Of a stretch of 64,000 bases of DNA, positions 51,660-61,695 are shown one piece after another. How positions within the stretch are numbered: position 1 is the first letter of the stretch; each line of letters begins with the position of its first letter. A program made the translations under genes and the position numbers. The notes under the pieces were generated by a model, which saw only the letters and a list, made by a program, of their open reading frames with translations, made no database searches and was not told the DNA's origin. The DNA is from an uncultured Gemmatimonadaceae bacterium. Its GTDB lineage: Bacteria > Gemmatimonadota > Gemmatimonadetes > Gemmatimonadales > Gemmatimonadaceae. Where the stretch lies: positions 192,001 to 256,000 of the forward strand of contig CAWAGQ010000007.1 in the NCBI GenBank assembly GCA_963781585.1. The letters run 5' to 3'.

Positions 51660-51750
51660 GAAGGTCGCGTTCCTCCACAAGCCCTTCACCACGGAGCGAC
51701 TGCTACGGGCCGTGCGTACCGCACTCGACGGGCAACGACACACGCCGTGA
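51660..51750 (+). pseudogene. Remnant of a receiver-domain C-terminus
   Basis: KVAFLHKPFTTERLLRAVRTALDG..* with no upstream domain. Confidence 0.55.
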
Positions 51751-51822
51751 CGCCGAAGGCGCAGTGACCGTCCGGGAAAGGCGTTCATCCGCCCACGCCT
51801 TTCTCACGCGACAGGAGTCAAA

Positions 51823-52368
51823 ATGCCGACATTGCCGTGTTTGAGCCACGCGAAACGCTGGCTGCGCTGGCTGGCCCCGGTCGCGATCATCGCCTGCAAG
51901 TCGGACAGCGGCCAGAACCCGGACCCCGGCGTCACCAGCTTCTCCGGCAACTACGACTGGACCTGCGTAGACGGTGTGACGTGCCAGGATGTGTACGACC
52001 TGGACCTGACCGCGGGCTCGGTGCTGACGATACGGGTGAGCAATGTGAGCATCGGGTCGGTGTCCCAACTGGCACTGTACGGGCCAGGTGTGGCGCTGGG
52101 AGGGATGAATCTGCTCACCGGAGACACCAACGAGCTGCGCTGCACGGACATTCACGATTGCTCCGCATACACGGCGGGCGAGCATGTCGACGCGTTCAGT
52201 GCAAACCAGAGCGGCACGTACCGGTTGGCGGTGACGCGAGACTGGGGCGCCAGCTGCGGAGGGGCTGGCACCTATCGCCTGGACGTGGAATCGACGCAGG
52301 CCTTCCACGTCCGTGGCCAGACTGTGAACGACCAGCCGTCAAACGCAACCGGATACGTCTGCCGCTGA
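51823..52368 (+). CDS. Cys-containing putative lipoprotein (PPC-like beta domain)
   Basis: AIIAC lipobox, CAGGAG RBS, SGTYRLAV/GTYRLDV. Confidence 0.65.
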   Translation: MPTLPCLSHAKRWLRWLAPVAIIACKSDSGQNPDPGVTSFSGNYDWTCVDGVTCQDVYDLDLTAGSVLTIRVSNVSIGSVSQLALYGPGVALGGMNLLTGDTNELRCTDIHDCSAYTAGEHVDAFSANQSGTYRLAVTRDWGASCGGAGTYRLDVESTQAFHVRGQTVNDQPSNATGYVCR

Positions 52369-52437
52369 TGGGGTGAGGACCCCACCCCGTACGCCGACCG
52401 CAGTACTGCCCGGGGACGCGAACCGATCCGCTCGCTG

Positions 52438-52737
52438 CTACGCAGCGACGGTTCCGTCTGCCTCGGGCTTTGGGGTGGAGACACCGGGCGGCCGTCCGCG
52501 CTGGTGTCGTGCCGCCGCCGGTTCAGCAAGCCGCGCGAGCCGGTTGGTATAGAAGCTCAGCACGCGCGAGCGAACTGACGCTTTCGTGTCGTTCGACGCG
52601 GCCCGGAACGGCGCATACCACTGCTGATCACCAGACACCTCGAACCACCACCACGAATCGGGCACCGCCCCCGCGGGGACGCGGACCTGGCAACGGTAGG
52701 TCCGTCCGCCCTCCGCAAACTCGAAAGCTTCAATCAA
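52438..52737 (-). CDS. Hypothetical protein
   Basis: GRTYRC, WWWFEVSGD, YAPF look protein-like; TTG start. Confidence 0.6.
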   Translation of the reverse strand: MIEAFEFAEGGRTYRCQVRVPAGAVPDSWWWFEVSGDQQWYAPFRAASNDTKASVRSRVLSFYTNRLARLAEPAAARHQRGRPPGVSTPKPEADGTVAA

Positions 52738-52970
52738 TTAGCGCTCCGGCAACGTGAGCCGAAATCTAACCAAATGCAGGCCATGGTCATAGGCTTGGGG
52801 CAGGCCAAAGGCCAAAGGTCATGGGCCGAAGGCTGCAAATTCCGCTCCTTCGCCCAGCGTGGTATCATCCATCTCCACGCATCAGTACGGAACCGGGCCA
52901 CGCTCCCGGCCTGGACAGCCGCGCGTCCTGGTGTTTTTCCGGGGAGCCTGCCTGCCTTGCGGAGACTGCC

Positions 52971-54707
52971 ATGATGTTTCGGCTCACTCGGCGCCTCACA
53001 GGCGCCACGGTCGTAACGCTGGTCCTGTCCGGCTGTTCCGGCACCGGGACCCGGGCCGATCTCGTGCTGCTCCATGGCACAGTCGTCACCGTCGATTCCA
53101 CCCACCCCGACGCGCAGGCGCTGGCCGTGCGCGGTGACACCATCGTCGCCGTGGGGACGGACGCCGAGATCCAGCGATACGTGGGGAGCCAGACTCGCGT
53201 CATCGACTTGCACGGCGCCACCGCTGTGCCCGGATTCAACGAAGCGCATGGGCACTTCATGGGACTCGGCGAATCCAAGATGCAGCTGGATCTCACCAAG
53301 GCCACGAGTTGGGACGACATCGTCCAGATGGTAGCGGCGGCCGCGAAGGCCGCGAAGCCGGGCACATGGATCCAGGGGCGCGGCTGGCACCAGGAGAAGT
53401 GGGACAAGCCTCCCCAGCCGAACGTCGAGGGACTGCCGCTGGGCGACAAGCTCGCGGCTGCGTCGCCGAACAACCCCGTGATTCTCACGCACGCCAGTGG
53501 CCACGCCATCTTCGTGAATCGCAAGGCGCTTGAGCTCGCCGGTATTGGTGCAGCGACGAAGAGTCCGCCGGGTGGCGAGATCGTACGTGACCACCAGAGC
53601 CGCGCGATCGGCATGCTGCGCGACCGGGCAATGGGACTGGTGACCCGCGTACTCGCCCAGGCGCTGTCAAGTCGCACGCCTGAGGAAGTGCGCGCGCATG
53701 ACGAGAAGGCGGTCGAACTCGCCGCGCAGGATGCGCTGACCAAGGGGATCACCACGTTCCAGGATCAGGGCGAGTCGTTCCGCACCATCGCGTTCCTGAA
53801 GGACCTGGCTGCCAATGGCAAGATGCCCATCCGGCTGTATGCCATGGTGCGCGGAGAGCCCGCCGACAGCATGGCCGCGCATCTCGCCGAATTCCGCACG
53901 ACTGACTTCGCCAACGACCATTTCGTGGTCCGCGCCATCGGGGAAGTGTCGATGGACGGCGCCCTGGGCACGCACAGCGCGTGGTTCCTGAAACCGTTCA
54001 CGGACCTGCCTTCGAGCACCGGATTGAGCGTCGTCACGCCTGACGAGTTGCGGCAGATCACCGAGCTGGCCGTGAAGTACGATTATCAGGTCGCCGCGCA
54101 TGCCATCGGCGATCGCGCGAATCGCGAGACCCTCGACGTGTACGAAGCAGCGTTCAAGGCGCATCCCGAACTGAAGGATGGCCGGTGGCGGATCGAACAT
54201 GCGCAGCACCTCGACCCCGCAGATATCCCGCGCTTTGGACAGCTCGGCGTCATCGCGTCCATGCAGGGCATTCACGCCTGCTCCGACGGCCCCTATGTGG
54301 TGAAGCGCCTGGGCGAGCAGCGCGCAAAGGACGGCGCCTACGTGTGGCGCAGTCTGCTTTCATCCGGCGCGGTGATTGCGAACGGCACCGACGTTCCGGT
54401 GGAAGACGAAGACCCGATTCCGAACTTCCATTGCTCGGTCACTCGCCAGCTCAAGGACGGCTCGCTGTTCTATCCCGACCAGAAGATGACGCGCCCAGAG
54501 GCGCTCAAGTCGTACACGCTCAACGCCGCGTACGCGATGTTCCAGGAAGACCGCCTCGGTTCGTTGAAGCCTGGGAAGCTGGCTGACATCACCGTGCTCG
54601 ACCGGAATATCATGACGGTGCCTGATGACCAGATCCTCGGAACAAGGGTGCTTTACACCATCGTCGGCGGCACGGTCGCGTACGAGCAGGGCGAGAACAA
54701 GAACTAG
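52971..54707 (+). CDS. Amidohydrolase_3 (YtcJ-like) lipoprotein
   Basis: LSGC lipobox, PGFNEAHGH, DGALG, HAIGDRA, RIEHAQ, GTD, GKLAD. Confidence 0.92.
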   Translation: MMFRLTRRLTGATVVTLVLSGCSGTGTRADLVLLHGTVVTVDSTHPDAQALAVRGDTIVAVGTDAEIQRYVGSQTRVIDLHGATAVPGFNEAHGHFMGLGESKMQLDLTKATSWDDIVQMVAAAAKAAKPGTWIQGRGWHQEKWDKPPQPNVEGLPLGDKLAAASPNNPVILTHASGHAIFVNRKALELAGIGAATKSPPGGEIVRDHQSRAIGMLRDRAMGLVTRVLAQALSSRTPEEVRAHDEKAVELAAQDALTKGITTFQDQGESFRTIAFLKDLAANGKMPIRLYAMVRGEPADSMAAHLAEFRTTDFANDHFVVRAIGEVSMDGALGTHSAWFLKPFTDLPSSTGLSVVTPDELRQITELAVKYDYQVAAHAIGDRANRETLDVYEAAFKAHPELKDGRWRIEHAQHLDPADIPRFGQLGVIASMQGIHACSDGPYVVKRLGEQRAKDGAYVWRSLLSSGAVIANGTDVPVEDEDPIPNFHCSVTRQLKDGSLFYPDQKMTRPEALKSYTLNAAYAMFQEDRLGSLKPGKLADITVLDRNIMTVPDDQILGTRVLYTIVGGTVAYEQGENKN

Positions 54708-54996
54708 CGGCGCACCATGGAGCTCCTGAGGGAGTTCCAATAATCGCGGCTTGCCGACCGGACGCCTCCGGGCCGGCAACGAATTTCCGGTAATCCCCAT
54801 CACACCGCCGACCCCGGCCCGCAGCGCCCGGGGGGAACCTCGGCACGGTGGCAAAGGCGGTCGACCGGCTGGTCCCCGTCGGAGTCGGGTGGGGGCGTCT
54901 CAAGACCTGACGTGTGAGGCCGATACTCTCAGGGCAGGCTCCGCCGTTCCACGCGCGGCGCGGGCGACGGCCCTCCATCATGAGTACCGGGTCCTC

Positions 54997-57690
54997 ATGC
55001 ATTCCGTATCGACACGTCTCCGCTGGCGACTCCTGCTCATCGCACTTCTCGCGGTAGTGCCGGCACTCGTCGCGATCGTCTATCTCCGGTCGGTCGAGCG
55101 TGCGCGCATCCGGGAGAGCGTATTTGCCGACAACCTGCGTTTGGCGCGCCTCGCCGCGAGCGAGCAGGCCAGCGTCTTCGACGGCGCCGGCCGCCTCCTT
55201 GAGACGCTCGGTGCCATTCCCGCTCTCCTGGCGGATGATCGACCCGGCTGTGACGCGATCCTGACCAACGTCCTGCGCGGCCACGCGGACTTCGTGAACC
55301 TCACCATGGCCAGCCGGGACGGGGAATTGCTTTGCGCCGCGGCCCCACTCGATCCGCGACTCCTGCGTTCGGAGGAGGCACGCGCCTGGTACCAGCGCGC
55401 GCTGGCGACCCGGTCCGCCGTGCTGGGAGAGCCTCAACTGAGCGCCACCACGGGCAGGGAGGCGATCATTGTCGCGCTCCCGCTGCTCGACGCGGACGGC
55501 GCTGTGGACCGCATCGTCGCGGCGACCATTTCGCTCGATCAGCTCAATCGCACGGCGTCGCAGGTGCAGCTCCCGGCGGGCGCGACCCTCACGCTGTTCG
55601 ACCGGTCGATGAGGATCCTCGCCAGATGGCCCGACGGGAGGTCGTGGACCGGCAAACTCGTGCCCGACTCCGCGGTACAGCGGCGGCTCGCGGCCGGTGC
55701 GCCCGAAGACGTGCGCGAAGCGACCGGCGTCGACGGCGTGCTTCGTCTGTACACGACGGTTCCGGTTGTCACCAGCTTCGACGCCGGCCTCTACCTCGGC
55801 ATCGGTGTGGACGACGCCACCGCGTTTGCAGCAAGCCGCGGAATCCTCCGGCAATATCTCGAGCTGCTCGCCATCGTATTGCTTGCTGGTGTCGGCGCCG
55901 CGGCGATCGGAGGGCAGACATTCGTGGTGGGGCCTGCCAAGGTCCTGAAAGACGTCGCCAACCGGCTCGCTGCCGGCGACCTGAGCGCGCGGGCGCAGCT
56001 TGCGGGCGGTGTGGGCGGAATCAGCGAACTCGCCGAGTCGGTGAATGCGATGGCGGCGGCGCTCGACGAGCACCAGCGTGAGCGCGATCAGGCCGAGGCG
56101 ACGTTGCGTGACGCGGAAGAGCGCCTGCGCTTCGCGCTGAACGCGTCGGGGATGGGGGTGTGGGAAGCGAATCTCCAGAAGGACGAGGTCCACTGGTCCG
56201 AGACGTGTGAGTCGATGCACGGACTTGCGCCCGGCACGTTCGGCGGGACCCTCCAGTCATATCTCGATCTCATCCTGCCCGACGACCGGGAGGCGGCTGA
56301 GCAGGCCATCAGCCAGGCGATCGCGTCGCACAGCGCCGCGGATCTCGAGTATCGGACGGTCTGGCCCGACGGCAGTATCCACCGTATCAGCACGACCAGT
56401 CGTTTCTTCTATGACGCCGACGGAGTCCCGGTGCGCGGCGCCGGCGTCTCGATCGACGTCACCGAGCGTCGACTCCTCGAGGAACAGCTCCGGCAATCGC
56501 TGAAGATGGAGGCAGTCGGGCAGCTCGCGGGAGGCGTGGCGCATGACTTCAACAACCTCCTGACCATCATCACCGGCAACACGGAGCTGGCGCTGGCGGC
56601 GTTGCCGGCGGAGGGCGAGGTGCGCGAAGACCTCGAGCACGCGCAAGCGGCCGCGGATCGCGCGGCCCAGCTCACCAGGCAGCTCCTGGCCTTCAGCCGC
56701 AAGCAGGTACTGCGGGTGGAGCCGGTGCACGTGAACGGCCTGGTGGAGGAGATCGCGCCGATGCTGCGGCGCCTCATCGGTGAAGACATTTCGATGGAGT
56801 TTCTCAGCGATGGATCCGACGCCGTGACGGTTGCCGATCACTCGCAACTCGAGCAGGCGCTCATCAACCTCGCAGTCAACGCGCGCGATGCCATGCCGAG
56901 TGGTGGATCGCTCCGGATCGTCACGGAGATCGTCGAGCTCGATGGGGCGACCGTTTCGCGGAAAGGGTACGATGTCGAGTCGGGGTCATTTGTGAAGCTG
57001 ACCGTAGCCGACACCGGGATCGGGATGAGCCACGAAGTCCTGGAGCGGGCCTTCGAGCCGTTCTTCACCACGAAGGCCGTTGGGAAGGGGACGGGTCTTG
57101 GTCTTCCGTCGGCGTACGGGACGGTGAAGCAGTTTGGTGGGCACATCGGCATCGAGAGCGCGCGCGGCCGCGGCACCACGGTCACGATCCTGCTGCCCTG
57201 CGTGTCGAACGACCAGTCTCCCGCGCAGGCTGGTGTCCCGGGGGCGAGCAGTGCCACTGTGTCAGGGTCGGCAACCGTTCTGGTGGTCGAGGACGAGGAA
57301 TCGGTGAGGCAACTGGCGGGTCGCATGCTGTCCCGGGCGGGGTTCACGGTGTTGCACGCAGCCAATGGTGAAGAGGCTCTGGAGCGCACACGGTCATATT
57401 CCGGGGAGATCCACCTGGTGCTGAGCGACGTGGTGATGCCGGGCATGTCGGCCGCGAAGCTGATTGCCGAAATCCGATCCGAGCGTCCTCGTATCGCGAC
57501 GTTGCTGATGTCCGGCTACCCCAACGACGAGATCCTGCGCAAGGGTATTCGGCGCCAGGATTTCTCGTTGATCGAGAAGCCTTTCACGGGTGAGGCGCTG
57601 GTGGAGAAGGTGCGGCAGGCGCTGCGCGAACACGGCCTCCGGCAGCGGGACTGGTCACTCATGCGGCCGATGGCAGCGGAAGTGGCGTAG
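54997..57690 (+). CDS. Hybrid sensor histidine kinase (Cache-HAMP-PAS-HisKA-HATPase-REC)
   Basis: AHDFNNLL, NARDAM, FFTTK, GTGLGL, LVVEDE, SDVVMPG. Confidence 0.95.
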   Translation: MHSVSTRLRWRLLLIALLAVVPALVAIVYLRSVERARIRESVFADNLRLARLAASEQASVFDGAGRLLETLGAIPALLADDRPGCDAILTNVLRGHADFVNLTMASRDGELLCAAAPLDPRLLRSEEARAWYQRALATRSAVLGEPQLSATTGREAIIVALPLLDADGAVDRIVAATISLDQLNRTASQVQLPAGATLTLFDRSMRILARWPDGRSWTGKLVPDSAVQRRLAAGAPEDVREATGVDGVLRLYTTVPVVTSFDAGLYLGIGVDDATAFAASRGILRQYLELLAIVLLAGVGAAAIGGQTFVVGPAKVLKDVANRLAAGDLSARAQLAGGVGGISELAESVNAMAAALDEHQRERDQAEATLRDAEERLRFALNASGMGVWEANLQKDEVHWSETCESMHGLAPGTFGGTLQSYLDLILPDDREAAEQAISQAIASHSAADLEYRTVWPDGSIHRISTTSRFFYDADGVPVRGAGVSIDVTERRLLEEQLRQSLKMEAVGQLAGGVAHDFNNLLTIITGNTELALAALPAEGEVREDLEHAQAAADRAAQLTRQLLAFSRKQVLRVEPVHVNGLVEEIAPMLRRLIGEDISMEFLSDGSDAVTVADHSQLEQALINLAVNARDAMPSGGSLRIVTEIVELDGATVSRKGYDVESGSFVKLTVADTGIGMSHEVLERAFEPFFTTKAVGKGTGLGLPSAYGTVKQFGGHIGIESARGRGTTVTILLPCVSNDQSPAQAGVPGASSATVSGSATVLVVEDEESVRQLAGRMLSRAGFTVLHAANGEEALERTRSYSGEIHLVLSDVVMPGMSAAKLIAEIRSERPRIATLLMSGYPNDEILRKGIRRQDFSLIEKPFTGEALVEKVRQALREHGLRQRDWSLMRPMAAEVA

Positions 57691-57733
57691 GTCGCGATCA
57701 GTTCTCAGTCGTCGGCGGGCGTCGCCGGGGCGG

Positions 57734-60238
57734 CTACTCGTAGCGCAGCGCCTGCATCGGATCGACGCGCGAGGCGCGCAGCGCGGGGATCTCGCCTGCC
57801 GCGAACGCGACCACCGCCAGGAACACTGCCGCCATCGCGACCACCAGCGGATCGGTGGACGACAACCCGTACAGCAGCGACCGCGCCACGCGTGCCAGGG
57901 CGAATGCCGCCCCAATGCCCACCACTCCGCCGATCACGGTCATCACCGCCACCTGACGCAGTACCATCCGTCGGACCCGGCGCCCATCGGCGCCTAACGC
58001 CATGCGGACGCCGATCTCCCGCGTCCGCTGCGCCACCGTGTAGGCCAGCACGCCGTAGAGCCCCACCGCCGCCAGGATCGTGGCCAGCACCGCAAACGCG
58101 CTGGAGAGGGTTCCGATCATCCGGTCGAGAAAGACGTTGTCCTGAACCTGCTGGGGCATCGTCTTGAGTTCCTCCACCGGCAGGTTCGGATCGAGCCGGG
58201 ACACCACGCCGGGCACGGTGCGCAGCAGCAACGCCGGATCCTGCGAGGTCCGCACGTAGAACTGGAGGTACCCGAGATCGTCATCCTGACGGTACGGCCG
58301 GAAGAACAGCGGCGGCACGTCCTGTTTCACGTCGGAGTACTTGGCGTCCTTCATCAACCCGACGATCTCGGTGTCGAGCTCGCGGTTCGGGCCACCGCCG
58401 GTGGCCAGGTGCTTGCCCACCGCGTCGGCGCCGAGGTGGAACTTCTTCGCGAACGCCTCGTTGACAATGGCGACCTTGGGCGATCCGGACACATCGGCCC
58501 GGGTGAATTCCCGCCCCGCGAGCAGGGGGATGCCGAGGGTCGTCAGGTATCCCGGACCGACCTCGTTGAACCGCGAGTTGGAGTCGATGTCAGGGCCGGA
58601 CTGGAATCCTTCCACCGAGACGTCGTTCCCCCAGTTGCTGCCGGCCAGCAGCGCCACCAGCCCACCGCTCACGCCGGTCACCCCGGGGAGCGCGGTGAGC
58701 TCGTCCTCCAGACGGGTGAACAGCACTCGCGAGCGCGCCGGATCGTAGCCGTTGAGCGCTGGTGAAATGCCGAAGGTGAGCACGTGGTCCACCTTCACGC
58801 CGAGATCCACGCGACTCACGTTGAGCAGGCTGCGAACGAACAGCCCGGCCACCACCAGCAGCGTCATCGACAGGGCGATCTGCGCGGTGACCAGTGAACT
58901 GCGAAACCGCGCGGCGGAGCGCGCCCCCGACATCTGGCCGGCATTGGCCCGGATGGTCGACACCAGGTCGGGTCGCGTGCTGTGCAGTGCCGGGAAGAGC
59001 CCGAACAGCATACCGGTGCCTAACGAGAGCAGGCCGGCGAACAGAACGGCCGAGGAGTCCATATGGAACTGCAGCGTGGTCGCGACCTGGGCCGGCAGCA
59101 GCGACATCACCAGTCCAAGCGTCCACTTCGCCATCACCAGGCTCACCACGCCGCCCAGCACCGCCAGCAGCATGGACTCGGTCACCAGCTGCGAGAGCAA
59201 TTGCCGGCGTCCGGCCCCCAGCGACAGGCGCACCGCCATCTCCATCGACCGGTTCGCCCCCCGGGCCATCAGCAGATTGGCGATGTTGGCGCAGGCGATC
59301 AGCAGCACGATGCCGGTGATCGAGAACAGGAAGACCAGCGGCGTACGTGCCTCGTGGTGCACCGAACTCTGGCCCCGCCGCCCATCCGACAGCGCGACCT
59401 CCTTCGCCTTGAAGCGCGCCATCGTCTGGTCGCTCATTCCCTTCTGAAGCGGCGACTCGACGTCGTTGATGATCGGGTGGTAGATCCGGTTGATCCCGGC
59501 CTGGGCCTGCTCGATCGACACGCCCGGCTTCAGTCGCGCGAACAGATACACCCAGTAGCTGCGACGATTCTCGAATCCCTGCCAGGTGGGCATCAGGACC
59601 TGGCGCATCGTGATCGGCACGAACACGTCCGGCTCCGCACCCAGCGTCGTACCCGTGAAGCCGGGTGGGGCCACGCCGATGATCGTGAACGACTGCCCGT
59701 TCACCACCAGCGTCTTGTTCAGGACCGAGGAGTCGGCGCCAAGCTTCGTCTCCCAGTACGGATAGCTCAGGACCGTCACGAAATGTCCACCGATGTTCCT
59801 GTCGTCATCGACCGTGATCAGCCGTCCCAACGCCGGGAGAAGGCCGAGGACCGGGAAATACGACCCCGACACCATCACGCCCTCGGCGTTCAATGTCTGA
59901 CCGTTGTAGGCCAGGTTGGCGCCGAACAGGCGATGTGCCGCGAGGCCGGTAAAGGGGCTTTGCGACGCGCGCTCGAGGTCGCGGAACATCGGATAGCTGA
60001 ACACCGTGTTGCAGTCGCCGGCCTGGCTGCACGACTGCGACCCGGGGTTCGGACCCGGCGCCGCGAGGTTGACCAGCCGCTCGGGCTCGCGAACCGGCAG
60101 GGGACGGAGCAGGATCTGGTTGAACATCGAGAAGATGGCGGCATTGGCCCCGATACCAAGCGCCAGCGAGAGCACGGCCACGCCGGTGACGAACGGCGTT
60201 CTGAACAGCGTTCGGAGTGCGAGCCGTGGATTCACCAT
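57734..60238 (-). CDS. ABC transporter permease, MacB/FtsX-duplicated
   Basis: LGIGANAAIFS, IACANIANL, RTREIGVRMALGA, VDPMQALRYE. Confidence 0.93.
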   Translation of the reverse strand: MVNPRLALRTLFRTPFVTGVAVLSLALGIGANAAIFSMFNQILLRPLPVREPERLVNLAAPGPNPGSQSCSQAGDCNTVFSYPMFRDLERASQSPFTGLAAHRLFGANLAYNGQTLNAEGVMVSGSYFPVLGLLPALGRLITVDDDRNIGGHFVTVLSYPYWETKLGADSSVLNKTLVVNGQSFTIIGVAPPGFTGTTLGAEPDVFVPITMRQVLMPTWQGFENRRSYWVYLFARLKPGVSIEQAQAGINRIYHPIINDVESPLQKGMSDQTMARFKAKEVALSDGRRGQSSVHHEARTPLVFLFSITGIVLLIACANIANLLMARGANRSMEMAVRLSLGAGRRQLLSQLVTESMLLAVLGGVVSLVMAKWTLGLVMSLLPAQVATTLQFHMDSSAVLFAGLLSLGTGMLFGLFPALHSTRPDLVSTIRANAGQMSGARSAARFRSSLVTAQIALSMTLLVVAGLFVRSLLNVSRVDLGVKVDHVLTFGISPALNGYDPARSRVLFTRLEDELTALPGVTGVSGGLVALLAGSNWGNDVSVEGFQSGPDIDSNSRFNEVGPGYLTTLGIPLLAGREFTRADVSGSPKVAIVNEAFAKKFHLGADAVGKHLATGGGPNRELDTEIVGLMKDAKYSDVKQDVPPLFFRPYRQDDDLGYLQFYVRTSQDPALLLRTVPGVVSRLDPNLPVEELKTMPQQVQDNVFLDRMIGTLSSAFAVLATILAAVGLYGVLAYTVAQRTREIGVRMALGADGRRVRRMVLRQVAVMTVIGGVVGIGAAFALARVARSLLYGLSSTDPLVVAMAAVFLAVVAFAAGEIPALRASRVDPMQALRYE

Positions 60239-60614
60239 CGTCAGTTCCCCTTTGCAAGCGGTAGCCGGAGGCAAGTGTCTGCGCCACGCCGGTCATCGCG
60301 GCGGCGACGCCGCAGATCGTGGCAGCAGAGGTCTCGACTCCTCGACGCTGCTCACGACGGTACTTGGACAGGCCGCCGCGACCAATCGTTTGCCTGCGGC
60401 CGATCGCGCGGCGCCAACGAACGCTCTACGGGAGCCGGTGTGCGGAAGGTTTCGTTCCTGGTGGCGCCGGGATGGATCGCGCGCTTGCGGGGCCAGGAGG
60501 ACGCGACGAGTGGCGTGGGGTGCGCTGTTGTGCGCCCGAGGCACAACTCCGATGTGTGCGCGGATCACCCGGGAGGGAGAGTGTGCGCCCTCCCGGGGCT
60601 CCCGCGCGATGCGG

Positions 60615-61442
60615 CTACGGCTTCACAACCCAGAAGCCCGGGTCCTGATCGGTGAAATCCTTGGGCAGATAGCTCATCCGCGGGGCGAACTGCAGGATGA
60701 TGTCCGTGGTCGAGATGACGCCCGCCGACGAGAGCTGGTTGAACATCTTCTGGCGGTCCGCGGTCATGGCCTTCTGCATGGCCGCATCGTCCGGTCCGGG
60801 ATCCAGTTCGGTGAGCGACTTCATCAGCCGGAACACCATGAACGTGGGCCCCGGCATTCCGGACATGACCTGATAGGTGGTCCAGTTCGCGGACGCCTTT
60901 GCATCGGTCACCACGGTCCGATACAGTTTGGCCGCCTGCTCGAAGTCGGTCTCGTGACCCGGACGCACCCGGAATATGATGACAGCGAAGTAGCGACCGT
61001 TGGGCACGGACATGCCGCCGGGCAGACTGAGATCTTCCCGGTAGCGCGCGATGAACGATCGTGTTTCACTCACGTTCTCGGCGTCGGAGTGGTTCAGCAG
61101 CCCGCTTGCCGCCTCGAGCCCGGGTGAATCAGTGACCGCCTTGTCCTGCGCCTCGAGTTCACCCATCGAACCCAGCGGCGTGAAGTACCACGCCTCGTTA
61201 GGCCCGGTTTCGGTCGTGGTGCCGAGCCAGTACACCGGCACGTTGGCCTGGCGGAACGTCTGGGCCCACTGCTGCTCCAGCGCGGTATGGGCGCCGGCCC
61301 GCCCCGCACGGACGGTTTCGATCCCCACCTGAATCACCGGCGGCGGGGCGTTCGGATTCTGCGCGGCGAGGTGGGCCGACGCGCACAGCGACAGCAGGGG
61401 GACCGCGGCCAGCGGCCGCATCCAGCTCATTCCAGGGTGCAT
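60615..61442 (-). CDS. Secreted hypothetical protein, two NIPSNAP-like repeats
   Basis: GGAGG RBS, signal peptide, VRAG/VRPGH repeats, REDLS/APRMSY. Confidence 0.65.
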   Translation of the reverse strand: MHPGMSWMRPLAAVPLLSLCASAHLAAQNPNAPPPVIQVGIETVRAGRAGAHTALEQQWAQTFRQANVPVYWLGTTTETGPNEAWYFTPLGSMGELEAQDKAVTDSPGLEAASGLLNHSDAENVSETRSFIARYREDLSLPGGMSVPNGRYFAVIIFRVRPGHETDFEQAAKLYRTVVTDAKASANWTTYQVMSGMPGPTFMVFRLMKSLTELDPGPDDAAMQKAMTADRQKMFNQLSSAGVISTTDIILQFAPRMSYLPKDFTDQDPGFWVVKP

Positions 61443-61695
61443 CGGAACCTCCAGGGGATGTGGGGAGAAGAAGCGCCCTGAGTGCGACTCCAGGAGCTTG
61501 CCCGAAGCCACTCTCGGCGCGGCCGCCAGAGGGATAGTGCTCGCGCGGCACGCCGTGGCAGCGCCCCGCAGGACGCAGCACTTCGCAAAGGTGCACAATC
61601 CCGAGCCGCGCGCAAGTGCCGCCGCTTGAACCGCACGGTGCGGCGACCGAAGTTCACGCCATCCGCCTCGCCGGATTCCTCGCCACGGGCTGACC